A stretch of 57,961 bases of DNA, the filler included, from Globobulimina sp. (lineage: Eukaryota), in the NCBI GenBank assembly GCA_003354225.1. It is 8 parts of 8 records of this genome, joined end to end, with 100 filler letters (N's around TTAATTAATTAA, not from the genome) between each part and the next. Parts side by side here need not be neighbours in the genome. Positions count along the whole stretch, not along the records: positions 1 to 7,215 come from PIVH01000186.1; positions 7,316 to 14,483 come from PIVH01000187.1; 6 more parts are not named here. One strand, given 5' to 3'. Numbering within the stretch: position 1 is the stretch's first letter; every line of letters starts with the position of its first letter. The notes below the pieces were generated by a model, which saw only the letters and a list, made by a program, of their open reading frames with translations, ran no database searches and had not been told where the DNA came from. A program made the position numbers and the translations under genes. This document shows positions 1-13,913 of the stretch, piece by piece.

Positions 1-243
1 GATGGTAAATTTTTCATTGATCTAAAAAAAGTTCTCTTTCTTATTTCTAAATTTTCGTACAATAAGATTCAACAAATATACAACAGCGGAAAAAATGCTA
101 CCTAAAATGATGTTTCCGGGGAATAAGGCAATCGCAAAACCGAGATACATCCCTGCTACTACAGAAAAGGCGATAGAGAGATACCACGACCATTTTGGAA
201 TATTCTTGCCGAAATAAAAATGATGTGCCGAGATAAAGGTTAA

Positions 244-3200
244 GACGATGAAGGTGATGCTAAATCGGACGCGGCTGGCAACAAAGTGATTGATCCCAGT
301 AAATTGCCCAAAGATTTCGTGCAGATACAATTTGATTTTGAGTTGAAAGGCGCCTCTTTGGCTTTGTTGGATATCTTGGAAGATAAACATAAGTCGCCCA
401 TGAATATTATGGGCATTACTTTTGACGGCATATCCATGAACGTACACGTCCGGCCGATGGGCAGTTTGTTGCTTAAAATGGCGTTGCAGAGCATGGAATT
501 AGTGGATTATTACAAATCTGAGAATATGATCACACGATCGATGATTCAAAGGACGGATGTATTGGAACTACAGAAACGAAATCAAAGCAAAGCTATAAAC
601 ATGCAACAATTAGCACCGTTATTAAACCTCGAATTTGAGTTAAATCCTTTAAATAAGATCGCCGATAGTCGCATATTTCTGCGCTCACAGCCGATTACCG
701 TCGACTTGCATATCCCCGTATTCTTGCGATTGGGTCCCTTTTTTGTGCAGGAGAGGCAAGTGGATATGCATGCTTTTGAGAGAGCTGCTTTATTGCAATT
801 AGAAGCCTTACAAAACGCGTCGAGAGCAGCCTTGGACGACGCGGTGGCGTTTCATAAAACCATCGCCATTGATGCTACTTTTTATGGTCCCACCATTATG
901 CTACGAGAGGATCCCTCCAATGATAAGGGCACCAAATTAGTGGTGGATTTGGGTAAATTCAGCATTAAATCCGCCATAAAGCCCAAAAAACATCAGAAGA
1001 ATGTCGATGTGGATGGGAAACACGACGACGACGAACACGACGAAGACGCTGCTACACTCGAATTGGCTGCGAAGTTAAAAGCGTTAAAAGAACAGGCGGC
1101 GCAATCTGGCGGCAGTATGGTAGTGAACGATGATGCATTAAACACATATTATGATTGCTTTAACATTCGCGTGGAAGATATAAAAATCTATTTAGATGTC
1201 GACATTCCCCGCAATCATTTGCTAACTCCGCTCAATATGGACAGCCAGATCTATTCTTCCATCTTCCCGTCCGACCCAAAACTGCCCACAGTGGTGTTGA
1301 AAGCGGGCGTACCCAAAGTCTCCACCAAATTGGCCTCGTCTGACATCCGCAAAATGTACTTTATGATGGAAAACTTGATTGTGGACTCGTACCATGAGCT
1401 GACTGCGCAGGAGGAATTTTTCAAGAAGCGCGCCATTGAGATGAAGCAGCAAAATGTAATGGAGCATAAACAGGACGCGGAGGAAGAGGCTATTGGCGGC
1501 ATTGGCAGTGCTGCGCAGAAATTGGCGCGACAGTCTGCGAAGGACAAAGGGAAAGAATTACAGCAAGAGGCAGAGGAGGAATATTTCGATGAGAAGACCA
1601 AGTTGGAGTTGTTGCAGAAAGTGAATATATTGTTATCTGTGCAAGTGGCGGATATACAATTTTCCTTAGTCAACGATGATAATTATGGCCGAACGGGCCA
1701 ATCCATACCGATTATTGTGTCCAATATAGGCGGGACTTATTTGTATCTACAGCAACGTAAATGGGACATGACTATGGAGGCCGGTTTGGCCAAGGTATTG
1801 GTTGAAGATCATGTGTGCGATGCTTCGCAATTAGAGGAACGGCCGTATTTGATGCGAACCGGCCATGTCAAGCCACAGTTGTCAATGCACAAAACGGCGT
1901 TTAGATTGGAAGGATTACAGCAACAGCAACAAGAGAAAAAGACGGAGTTTTTCAAATTAAATTTGAATGTGATTGATGCGAAATCGCCAAAGTATGAGAA
2001 GTTGGATATGATCGTGAACCTCGCTGCTGGCGATGTGATTTTTTATTTGCGACCAGAGACTATCTACGGTTTAACGGAGGTTTTGATTAAAAATATATTG
2101 CCTTCGGTGGAGAGTACGGGTAAAGGCGGTCGCAGACAGAGTATATCCGCACAGAGCGGGATTGATTTAGTGGGTGAGGCTGCGGATAAAATGCGTCGAG
2201 AACGGGAGCGAAAGGAAAAAATGAAAGTGAAGAAGGAACAGGAAGCTGCAGATGCGTTGGCATTGATTGCTGAGGGCAGTCAGAAACGGACAGACACCGT
2301 CAAGATGAAAATTGATATCGCTTTCAGTTCGTTGCAGTTATATATCTGTGCCAAACAGTTTAATATTTGTAAGAGCTCCATTGAAGGATTTAACTTAGAT
2401 TTAACAATGTATCGCTACTCTATGGATATGACGGTGACATTGGGCAATATATTATTGACGGATGAGACTTATATTGCCGATTTGAGCTTGTTTCCAGATT
2501 ATCCATATAAAGCTATTATGGGTCATACTGCGACGCAAAATGCAGAAATGAAAGGAGTGCCAGTACCCAAATTATCGCAGCAACAGTCCTTAGTCGCTTT
2601 GCGGTTAGAAAAGGTAGATTCGATTCGTCAGCAAAAGAGAGATCCGTTGGTGAGGTTTGTATTGAATATGTACAATGCGGTGGAAATTGAGTATCCCGGT
2701 TATGCCATGAATATGGACATTGGTTTGAAGGGTATGCGGTTTACCTTTTTAAATCGTTTTGTGGATGAGATGCTGAAATGGTTAATGAATTCTGCACTGT
2801 TGAAAATACCGCAACTGATTACGGACCAATTGGAGAAGTCAGAGTTGATGGCGGGACACGAGGAGTTGCGCGAGGACAGGAGAGCTGATTTGGGCGCCAT
2901 TGTCGAAGATGCAGAGGTTGGTAACTTCAAAGAGCAGCTACAAGAGAGGAAGGAAGAAAAGGAAGCGGCGGTCTTACCTCAAATGCGCATTGTTGTGGAA
3001 AATATGGAATTAGTAATACCGAAATCATCCGTGGATCACGGGGATTACATTAAAGGTAACTTGGGCCGATTGATTGTGTGGAATGATGTGTTGGATAAAG
3101 AGGATAATACAAAGATGATCGTACAAGTGGATGATGCGACTATTGCGACCAGATTTGGTTCAGACAAACGACGACAAACTGTCCCGTTGTTTACGCAGCC

Positions 3201-6200
3201 TTCGATCAAAGTAGTGTTAGCCAATGAATTTACAGATATTAGTATTGAATTTGCGCAGATCTCTATGCAATTAGCCAAGAAGCAGTATGAGTTTTTAATG
3301 GAGTTATTATCTGGCAATTTGGCGGAAGAAGCACAAGTATCGACCCGTGTGTACCCGCAACGGCAAATTGCTATGGAAGATGTGATCAGTGAGGAACAAA
3401 AAGAACGAGCCAAAGAAGCTGCGCTGGCTGCGGGTAAGGAACAGTTAAAGAAAGAAATGAAGATTAGTTTGAAGATTAATCAGTTTTCAGCGCATTTACT
3501 CAAACAATATGGCTTTGAATTTGATCCGCTTACACTTGAAGGGAAGGACTCATTGGTTGGCTTTAACATCGATGGATTGGCATTAAACGTAGTAATCGGT
3601 CAACAGATATCGGTTCAACTGACTATGGATGGCATGAGTTTGAAAGATGTGAGTTACGATACAATACAAAATGGGGTACAGGAGGTGTATAGAGATATAA
3701 TATGTTTTAACAGTAATTTTAAAGTAGAGGATGAATCCATGACTGATGCGACTACGCCAAGGAAATCATTGCAAGCTGTGTCGGAAACTCACAGTTTATT
3801 TCCATTTCATGTGATGGTCGATGTAGATCAAGCCAGCAATGAAACGTCAGTCCAGCTGCAAATGATTGGATTACAGTTCACTTTTGGTAGTGTATTGTGG
3901 ACCTTGTTAGAGTTTGCAAACATAAATCCGTCAAAAAAAGAGAAACTACCACCCGTACCGGACGAATTAAATAATTTCCAATTATCGTTGTTAAAAGGTG
4001 TGCTATATTATTATTATTGTATTTTCTTTTACTTTCATCCGTTGCCAACATAGGTGGTCATGTGTCGCAAGTGGCTATGCGAGATAACAAAGGCAGACCC
4101 ATGTTTGCACAGAGACAAGTATTTGAAGATGAGGCAGAGGACAAGAAAGCTATGGATGAGGAGGATGATGGCAAAGAAGAGGCGAAAGACGAGGCAGAGG
4201 CTGCTATCCCAATGACGTTAACCGTAGACGTACAGATACGTGATACCATGGTGAAGTTAATAAGATATCCGAAATTAGACAGTTCGCCCGCATTGGTGTT
4301 ACAATTGGATATCATAACTGGCGTTAAAATGGATTCGGCCACGCCGTTATTTGTCAATGCAAGAATAGCACACGTCCAGGCGTACCAAGCCATCATTTCC
4401 GTTGAAGATAAGCAATTATGCATCACTGTAAAAGACGGTGTGCCCAAAATCATTGAACCGTTTGATATAAATGCCACGATCCAACAATATAAATCTGCCT
4501 TTGATGGTTTAGCTGACCGGAAATCGGACGCCAAGGGCATGAAAGGCAGTGTTGTGATGGCACCCATGGTGATGCGGTTTGGTTACTCAGATTTTGATAT
4601 TTTAAAGAGTTCATTATCTGCAGTCGCACCGCCGGTGTTAGAACAGGCTGCGGACGAAGCGGAGGATGAGAAAAAGAGAGATTTGGCTGGCATTGATGAG
4701 AGCAAATTTGATCAAGGCGCAGATACTGGATCAGAGTCAAGTTTTTCCTCGGAAGAAGAGCTCAAAATATCCAAGAAAGAGCTGAGAATGAAGAAACAAA
4801 TGGAGCTGCAAAAGAAGAAAGACGAAGAGTTGCCCGATAAGGGAGAGATTGAATTTGCAGTCAACATTGGTACGATCAGTGTGGTTTTAGTGAATGACAA
4901 GAAACAACGCAGCGAGATTCCGTTGGCGCAGTTTGTGATTAATAATGTCGGAGCAGAGATATATTCGTATCGACAGGGTCTGACTATCGGTGCACAGTTT
5001 GGACTGTATGGCAATTACTGGAATAACGAGATTGCAGAATGGGAGCCTATGATCGAGAAATGGTCGGCCAAAGCGAACATTATCATGAATGCAGATTGTA
5101 CCTATATACAATTTCTGCCTGATCGGGTATTCAATGTATCATTTACGTATTTTATGGTTCAGTCTGCTATGGCTGCCGCCGAAGTAATTGTGGGTGGCAC
5201 TGATAGTAAGCCAGAGGAACGCAAAGAAGATTTGAGATTGAAACCGCGTTTATCCCCTCGTATATCTTCAGAACATCTGGCCAATATTGCCAAGAATGTG
5301 AAGTCGCATTGTTTGAATAATGAGACTGAATTTGGTTTAAGTGTGCGATGTTGGCAAAGTGATGAATTATTCGATGACGATAAGCAAACCATAGCCGTTA
5401 TGTTGGCGCAGTTAAAGAAATCCGTCACAAATGTGATAAAAGTTGGGCCAATGGATAGTTGCGATTTTGATACGTATCCCATTGAGATTGAGCGAGCATT
5501 TCAAAGCAAAGTTGGCATTGAGATCAGTTTAAATGATGCTGACTATGAACCGTTTATTATATTAAACACCAATCAAATCAGAGAGAGAACCTATTATTTA
5601 AAAAATAAAACAGATGAAGCAAATTCGTTGATATTGCAAGGGACGCATCAATTGGTTGGTGGTGCAAAGGAGATATGCATACATTCTCCCATTCAATTTG
5701 TAAATAAAACCGAGTTAAATTTATCATTGTTTGGTAGACAGATTGATTTAGAAAGGAATGGCAGTGCCTATTGTCCAGCTCTACGGTTTATTAAAGAGCC
5801 GACATTCGATATTGTACCAGTCACCAATGAGAATGACGAGAAACAGCAATTTAACACTGTGCGAGAATTACCATTATCGCCGTACACCGATGACGCATCG
5901 TACCCAATCCATACCAGACGCACTGACGGCATTATATATTCTATGATGTTGCATACCAAAAAGATTCATGCTGGGGAACGGTTATTGTTTTCCATTGACT
6001 CCACGGTTCGAGTGGAGAACTTATTGGTGTCTGATTTGTATATTACCTTTATTCAAAATGACAAACGCGATCAAGTGATGATCAAACCCGGCGAAAGTAA
6101 GAATGCGTACAGTGCGTATAAGTCCAAATTAGGCAGTTTAGAAATGAAACATAAAGGCTTAGTGTGTCGGGATGCCAATGCCAAGCAATCCATCGAAGCC

Positions 6201-7208
6201 ATGGTGAAAAGAAGCATGAATCGATGGAGTAAGTCTATGAGTAATGTACTGGAAGAAAAGCAATCAGCACAGCAACAGGTTGGCGATAAAGACCGACAGC
6301 GATTTGATTTTATTGACCCAAAATTGCACACTCGATTGTCTGTCATTGGCGAATTAACTCAAACCGACGTGAGTGGCGCTGTCACATTAACCTTTTATGT
6401 GCCATATTGGATCTATGATTTAACGCATTTACAGCTGATTCCATCGGAAGATAAGACGCGAAAGAATGCAGTTGCTGGGCGAGGGAAAGAGAAACAGGTT
6501 TATAAGGATAAGAAGAGCGAAGAGATAGAACCAATGATGTTTAACTTCCATAGCTCCTCTTCCAGCAAAACAAAGATATCGGTCTGCGCTGAAGGTGCAT
6601 TTAGCCGTTCCTTCCCACCCGATGCAGTTGGCTCGACCGGGCGCATCAATGAGTTATATGGCACCCATCCCACCAGAAGTGACAAATTAAAATATGAATA
6701 TGAGGTCGGTGTGGATATCAATGTGGTATTAGGCCCCTTTCGAGGCTTAGTCAAAAGTATTAAGTTGGTGCCACGTATCATACTCAAAAACGAGCTGAAA
6801 TGTCCATTATTAGTGCGGCAAATTAAATCGCACTCCATTCCTGAAAAATATTGTCAAATATGCCGCATCGAACGTGGTGCGACCAAGCCATTTTGGTGGG
6901 TCATTCCAAAGGGCGATAAGGATTATAAACGTCGATATATTCAGTTCAAGAAAGAGATGGAATCCTGGCAATGGTCCTCCTTTATCCCAGTGGACGAGAC
7001 CTCCGATTGGACCATGACTATACGGCATAGAAACGCCAATATCGACCCCCAATTAATGAAAGTAAATATAACCTCGACCGGCGCTGCAATGTATGTGACC
7101 TTTAAAAAGGCAGACTATCAATACCCACCGTATCGGATTGAGAATAGGACCTTGGCCACACGCTTCAGATTCTGCCAACAGCAAATTAACTTATGGTTCT
7201 CACAGTGA
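244..7208 (+). CDS. VPS13: VPS13-family bridge-like lipid transfer protein, partial at both ends; intron 3998-4053
   Basis: ORFs 286-4053 and 4017-7208 join in frame across a 56-nt GT..AG intron (AAAG|gtgtgc...catag|GTGGT). VPS13-type motifs: HKTIAIDATFYGPTIML..LVVDLGKF, YWNNEIAEWEPMIEKW, FYVPYWIYD, PRIILKN, WQWSS, PPYRIENRT (VAB/SHR-BD repeats). The frame opens only after TAA at 241-243. The C-terminal domains are missing at the contig end. Confidence 0.9.
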
Positions 7209-7215
7209 GAAAGGG

Positions 7216-7315
7216 NNNNNNNNNNNNNNNNNNNNNNNNNNNNNNNNNNNNNNNNNNNNTTAATTAATTAANNNNNNNNNNNNNNNNNNNNNNNNNNNNN
7301 NNNNNNNNNNNNNNN
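7216..7315. other. Artificial contig linker (N44-TTAATTAATTAA-N44)
   Basis: The same 100-nt spacer with stops in all six frames recurs at 14484-14583, 21745-21844, 29002-29101, 36253-36352, 43499-43598 and 50732-50831. Contig lengths descend: 7215, 7168, 7161, 7157, 7151, 7146, 7133, 7130. Confidence 0.99.
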
Positions 7316-7599
7316 GTCAACAATCAAATGGAAAATGTAAGAAGGATAAAAATAAAAAGGAATCTATTAATTTGTCATCATATGCATCTAAAAATGATAA
7401 GAATAAATACAATTATTTTATGGAATTAGGGATTGTGTCATTTGTATTAGTTATAATATACAATTTAATATCATGTTGCTATGTGAATAGATCACATCAA
7501 GTGAATGGAAAAGAATATCAACACATACTTATTACAACGGATATGTCGGATGTATCAGATTCTGAAAACATTAATTCTGTCATTGACCACATTATATAA
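7316..7599 (+). CDS. 3' end of an unknown single-pass membrane protein (5' truncated)
   Basis: The frame is open from the contig start, with one hydrophobic helix (LGIVSFVLVIIYNLI) and a short acidic tail. Confidence 0.4.
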
Positions 7600-7807
7600 T
7601 TAATGATTACATTTAATTTTTTTGAATTTTTTCTTCTCAATGTTTTTCTAATGATTTATTAATACTTCTTATAGTTATATTTAATTAATTTTATATTTAC
7701 TTTTTTCAAAAACATTGTATAAATTACATCAAAAACATATGTTGTTTAGAAATTCATATGCAAAAGAATAGTGATATTTATATTAAATAAAACTAAAAAC
7801 ATGAACT

Positions 7808-10800
7808 TTATACAAGTTTTAATGACGACTGCTTTGTCAGGTTTATCAATATAAAGCAAGTCAACATAACGCAGACAGCGCATAAAATGTCAATAATCAA
7901 AATGTGAACTATATCAAAAATTATTTTTGGTGCAAATATATCCCAAACTAATAAATGTCGGCGATGCATGAAACAATTACACATTGAACATAATACAAAC
8001 ATTGTTGAAAATGTAATTGAAATATAAACATATTTGCAAATATTATATTTTATTGAATCGACAATATATTTCAAATCCATTGCATTATCATAAAAATATA
8101 ATCGAGTCATAATTAATATGGCAATAATTAAGAATGAGAATAAATGTCCAGTTATCTGGTGCAAAATTGTTAATATTAATGCTCGAATAAAAATATAATT
8201 AAACGCTCCAATATATGCAGCTTTCACTGAAATTTGCGAAAACATACATCGATGGCCACTCACAAAAAATAAATATTGATGTAATAACCAACCAATCCAT
8301 ATTTCATAATTATTAATAACAATTAAATGTTGATTGATAATCATTGATGATTTCGTTAAAAAATATAAAAAAATTAAAATATAAATTATAATAAAATGAC
8401 TGTTTGCGCCTAATATTAAACACAATGAGGGATTAATAATTATTAACAATTCAATCAATAAAATCATAATATACCCAATAACTCCTTTTATTTTATAAGT
8501 GAATGCTTTTGATGATATCCTTCTGATTTGAATGTACCATAAAATACATTGTATCACAAATAGTGACCATATAAATGTTGGAAATAACCATAAAAATAAA
8601 TAAATATTATTAGTATTTTGTGCGCTTAAATATTCTCCATCTCCTATAATAATCCAGTAAATCAATAATAATATTTCTGAAATAAACGATAAAATGCATT
8701 GGGTCAAATTAAGCACATTCATCAATTTCAGTGTATAATATAAATAAAACAAAACCAATGGAACAATAAATGTTGGCATTATCACCGTAAAATATGACCA
8801 CATTTCAATCATCCAATATTTTCTATCAATACTTTTCGAAGATAACCAAGCGTCTTTATTCAAAAATATATTCAAAATATATCTTTTTAAAACAATACAT
8901 ATTACACATTACATACAGTCCGGTTCCATATCTTTTAAGTCTGAAATTCCCATCCATCGAATACACAAAATAATAGGAATTATATATACCATGGAATGTC
9001 TGTATACATTTTAAACATAAATGTTCAATATTTTAATAATATTTACGATTAAACAAAAACAAACCTAACTCTTTTGATTGACAATTGATTAATGTCGTTA
9101 TGCTGACGAAAGCTGCTCACAACAATCATTACAAAAGTCACAATAATTAAGAATAGCACTAACTGTGGTTCATATTTTATATATGTGTCGGTAAATAATC
9201 CCTGGAAATACATAAACACCAATACGCATAATACAATTGAATCAAATCTATTCATCGTATTAATCCAATCAACATTACAGCTCATATATTGAACACATAA
9301 TGTCAACACAAAATTGCAACCAATACTTTGCAACAATATTTGGAAAGAGATAAATATATCACTTAACGCATAATCGTTATAACAAAAATATTTAATATAA
9401 CAAAAACTCAATACAAATATTGTAATATCAAAAGGTGCATTGCTTTTACTCCATATAATTAAAGTAATATCACATTCTTTAACAGAATGACTGGAATTCA
9501 TATCAATACTCATTGAAATTAAACCAATCACACCAAATAAACCAATAATAACTGCAATTGACATCATATGTAAATTAAACTTTGTCCATTTCCTTAGGCA
9601 TAAACTATATGCATCAGTCAAAAATATTTGAAATTTGTTGACCACAGTTTGGATATTATTTATTTCTATATCTTTAGTTTGCAGTTCATTCAAATCATGA
9701 ATGGCATCCATTAATTGTTGATATAAATCATTTAATTCTTTATCTGAGAAAGTATCCGAATTTGCATTATGATTATATGCATATAAATATTGATAAACTT
9801 GAAATGCGTTCAATGACATTGCTTTTAGCAAATCTTTCCATGAATTTAATAACGCATTCATATCAACTTTGTTTTGTTTGTGCAATGTTTCCAAATAAAA
9901 CTCAGGAATAATAGCACCAATATTTTCAAATGGAATTGGAACGCCCATTAATAAGCATATGGTTGGAACAATATTAATTTGTGTTACTTGGCGATACGTA
10001 TTCTGATCAGTTGTGAATGGATAATATGGATATAAATACTTTGTGGAATACATAAACAACGCAGCATTTGTTTCGTCCGTTGTAGCCCCGCCATGGTCAC
10101 CGGTTGATGTCATACCGTGATCACCAAATATCAATAATAAAATATCTTCATTTTTATTCTTATCTTTATACTGTTGAATCCATAGCGTTACATTGTTGAT
10201 AATCTCATTCATTTCATGCAACTTTTCTTGCATTTTTGGGTGGTTCATATAATATCTATGTCCAACATGGTCCACCCCTAAAAAATGAGAAATTAATACA
10301 TTCCATTTTGTCAATTTATTGCTATCATATAAGGATTCATACAAATGTTTTTTGCATCCATTATCAACGGTGTATAAATCATAAACATCAAATGAAGGAT
10401 AGGGATAATTTTCAGCTTGGAAATATAAGTTATAATCGAATAAATTATTCCATGTATCATCGCCCATAAAGGATATATTGTAATTGCCATTAATTTTTAA
10501 TTGATACAATACATTATCAATTACAATCTGTGAGGAGGTAAAACTATTCCGTACGTCTAAAAATGTGGGCAAAGTGCCAGTTGTAAAGCCTTTAATTCTT
10601 TGTGCTGTCACAGTTGGTGGATCTGATATAAATTTAAATAATTTGCTATGACGGAATGATGCGTTGTTTAACAATAAATTATTTATTGATGATAAATGAT
10701 GCGAATAGTAAGTTACTTTTGCGTTTTTATCAAATAATGGCGATACAAAATCAAATTTTAATGCATCGATAATTAATATAATAATTTTATCATATTTTTG

Positions 10801-11058
10801 TTCCGTCCAACATTTTCTTTTATGTTCCTTTGCACTGTTGTCAATATCTAAAGATTTGAAGATTTGGTTATAATTAATTTTAATGCTGTAAGGGTTACTA
10901 TCATTTTCTCGATTCATTTGTAACGGATATGTATCGCATTCAGAATTGATTAATAGTTCCGTTTTAGATAAAAAAAATCCTGAAATAAATAAAAATGACA
11001 TTGTTAAATGAACGACAAACATTCCAAATAGAAACCATAAGGTACCACAAAGGACCAT
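7808..11058 (-). CDS. PIGO: GPI ethanolamine phosphate transferase 3 (PIG-O/Gpi13), spliced
   Basis: Motifs IIDALKFDF, SDPPTVTAQRIKGFTTGTLPTFLD, FMGDDTW, HFLGVDHVGH, GDHGMTSTGDHGG and C-terminal HRRHLLVWDIFAPK, plus many TM helices. ORFs 9049-11076 and 7808-8875 are joined through intron(s) or a small exon at about 8876-9070 (boundaries not resolved). Confidence 0.92.
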
Positions 11059-11262
11059 TATCACCAAAGAAAACAATTAAAGTACGTACGGGAAATAATA
11101 GGACCTAAATACGCAAGTTTTTCGATATTAGGGCTCTCCTCCGATAAGTACTGATTCTAGAAACCCTTACAACATTAGTCTGCACTATTTTGTCCGCACC
11201 AATCAGATCTCATTATGAAGTGCAGTCGTTTGACTCATGAGCAGTTTGTATCAACACTTGAC

Positions 11263-11979
11263 TTATTGTCCGTTTGTTTTCAATTGAAAGACTTCAACAG
11301 ATTCAACACCGAAATTACCGGTTGTTAAATAGTGATCATATGGATATGTCTCATAATTGGATTGCAGTTTCCTGTTTTGCCATCATGAAGGATATAAAAA
11401 GCACAATTACCGCCAAATATGCAATAATAATTGTGCTTTTTATATAAGGCTGCACCACGACCTTTTAAACGATTGAATATTGCCGCTGGAAAGTTTTTGT
11501 TTGATCGAGCAGAGAAAATAAATGCGTCATCGTCTTGTTGTGAATACGATTTATTATTTCTCCATCCTAAACATGTATAGCCGCCAAATACATTCCCTTC
11601 AGTTGATTCTATAAAACATAATATATTTGCTTCATTGTGGCATTTTTGTTTAAACACTTTCTCTCCGATTCCATCTTTCTTTGATGAATATATCAACGCA
11701 TACTCAAAAGCACCAATATTTTTAAATTTATTATTTTCTTCAAATAATGATACTAAGATATCACATTCATTCTGTGTTAGTATCGATGAATCAAACACGT
11801 ACTGCATAATAGAACAGCAAAATTGTAGATTGTATCAGTTTTGGAATCTGATAATACGACACATGTTGTTGTGCAAATGGTAATAAATCCTTCTGACATT
11901 CGCGGATATAGCCAAATACAGTGTCTTTATACAATTGTCGAATGGCCTTTATTTTCTCAAAGGAGACATTATTAGACAT
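11263..11979 (-). pseudogene. TLDc-domain protein with two reading-frame breaks
   Basis: TLDc motifs LIYSSKKDG, FKQKCHN, GNVFGGYT, AFIFS. The conserved end NFGVESVEVFQL is in a different frame (break near 11360). The N-terminal ORF 11791-11979 is out of frame with 11325-11807, unless a 31-nt intron is used. Confidence 0.65.
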
Positions 11980-12093
11980 AATGTGTTTTACAAAATTATG
12001 AACGTTTGAAGTAAACGACTAATAATCGACTGTTCATCAAGATATCTGACTTTATCAAATAACAAAACAATTGATTTAATTTTACAACTCCGT

Positions 12094-13495
12094 TTATGTA
12101 AGTAAACGCGAACGGGACGTATATATAAAACTATCCAGTGATTGCCGATTGTAATAGGTATAATTTGTATTCTTCCAGGAGTTATCTGCGCTGTCCCTAG
12201 ATTTAGATTCCGTAGCAAATGACCATCTTAATTCCGCCGCAAACGGACTAAGTGAGCCACGCAATTTCCTCTCATTATATTTAATATCCACTTGTTTCAT
12301 TATTTGAGTGTTTATCCAATATGTGCAGACACAGCAACATCTGTTATAAATGAATTTGTTTGATGGCATCAATAAACAATTACAAAATGCTTCTATCCAC
12401 ACAAAAACGTACAAAACAATATCCATAAACAATTTATATTCATTTTTGGTGCCGTTGCTGAAGTATACGATCTCATCCCATATCAATATAAATCTCAAAC
12501 AATATATCAAAACGCAGGCAAACATAGCAATGCCTACAAGTTTATACATAAACATTTTCTTTATAGCAGTCTCCAATTTATCCTTTGTAAATCTGTTTAG
12601 TGTGTGTCCATGAAAGGTCTGCTTGGCAGAGACAGTGCTCATTGATAAAGAAAATAAGCCACTTAATAGACTGCCTCGAGATCCACTTGTTTCTTTGCGG
12701 AATGTATGAAAAATATACATACCACATAGCTGTTCGATATCTATAGGAATGAACACAGAAAACTTATGTTCTCTGATCCAGCCTGCTACCAATAACTCAA
12801 TCTGTGCACGTCAAAGAAATATAATATAATATTATTAATAGTATTAATATTATATATGAGACCTGATTGTTTTTTAAGGAATCTGTATATTGGTCTTCTT
12901 TTCTTTTATCTGTCACAATGTCATCGATATAATGGTCCAGAAGTAATCCCAATTTGCGAATTGGTTTAAGATATAATTTGTAAGTGAGATAGGCAAATAA
13001 TAATACAATGAAGACACATAATGCAACAACAATATATTTGCTCGTAGGGTTTGGAAAATCAACTCGCCTGCAAACGTACAATGTCATTAATGTTATATAA
13101 AAAATTGCCAATGCAACATTTAATGCAGTGTTGGGAATATAATATCGATCGTATCGCATCGTAGATGCCATTTGTAAACTTAATGCAGAAATGATTAAGA
13201 AACTCCATGAAATATAATCAGATGAAAGATTGAAGGTAATTTCGGAAGGCAATGCCGTATCGGAATATACATTGACTACGTTTAATGACAGTGATGATAA
13301 ATAAAATAAAGCCACGGCTACGTGAATTGCAAAATAACATGTTTGCTTTTTAGAATATCGTTGTGTCCTCAATAATTCTAATGGCCGACGTTTACATGTT
13401 GCATAGATAGACAGTAGCAATATGATAATACAAGGAATAAATAATGAAACAATCAATGGAAGCATCTGTAAGCCTGTTGGATCTGCCGACGACAT
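12094..13495 (-). CDS. Seven-transmembrane (GPCR-like) protein; intron 12802-12862
   Basis: ORF 12797-13495 (5 TM) joins ORF 12094-12792 (2 TM, Cys-rich tail RCCCVC) via a phase-0 61-nt intron CAG|gtctca...gcacag|ATT. Confidence 0.65.
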
Positions 13496-13913
13496 TGTTT
13501 AAATGTTAAAGTGTTTACCGATGCCAGTGCTAGTAAAAAGGTAACCCCCGTATACCATTATCACGGTTCACGTTTGTATATCTGAAATTCTGAATATCGA
13601 TTATGGCAAAGATAGTGGAAAAAAATTGCAATTGTTCAAATTACGGTATAGATACAGCTTTAACTTTGCGATCATATGTAAATATTATATTTAATAGATA
13701 AACGGATGAGATCGTGGGAATCCTGAAGTAAATGAATCCATTGTTTTGTAATCAATGATCAATCTGATTCAACAGTTCAATTTAAAAGATATAATTGTCT
13801 TTGCTATACCATTTATGGGCTACAAAGTGAAAGCTTGTCAATGACTGAATGGTAAAATCAGACAAAAGCCATATTGAAAGTGATCATTAAAAAAATACAA
13901 TTTAGATATAAAG

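Noticed and set aside
1222-7052. Many short minus-strand ORFs within VPS13 (likewise within other long genes)
   Set aside because: These are shadow ORFs with no motifs.
7260-7271. TTAATTAATTAA motif recurring about every 7.2 kb
   Set aside because: It is an artificial all-frame-stop linker inside N runs, not biological periodicity.
13496-13913. Possible snoRNA/ncRNA in a long intergenic gap (also the NIPA intron)
   Set aside because: Only isolated TGA/CTGA boxes, with no convincing terminal stem or guide.
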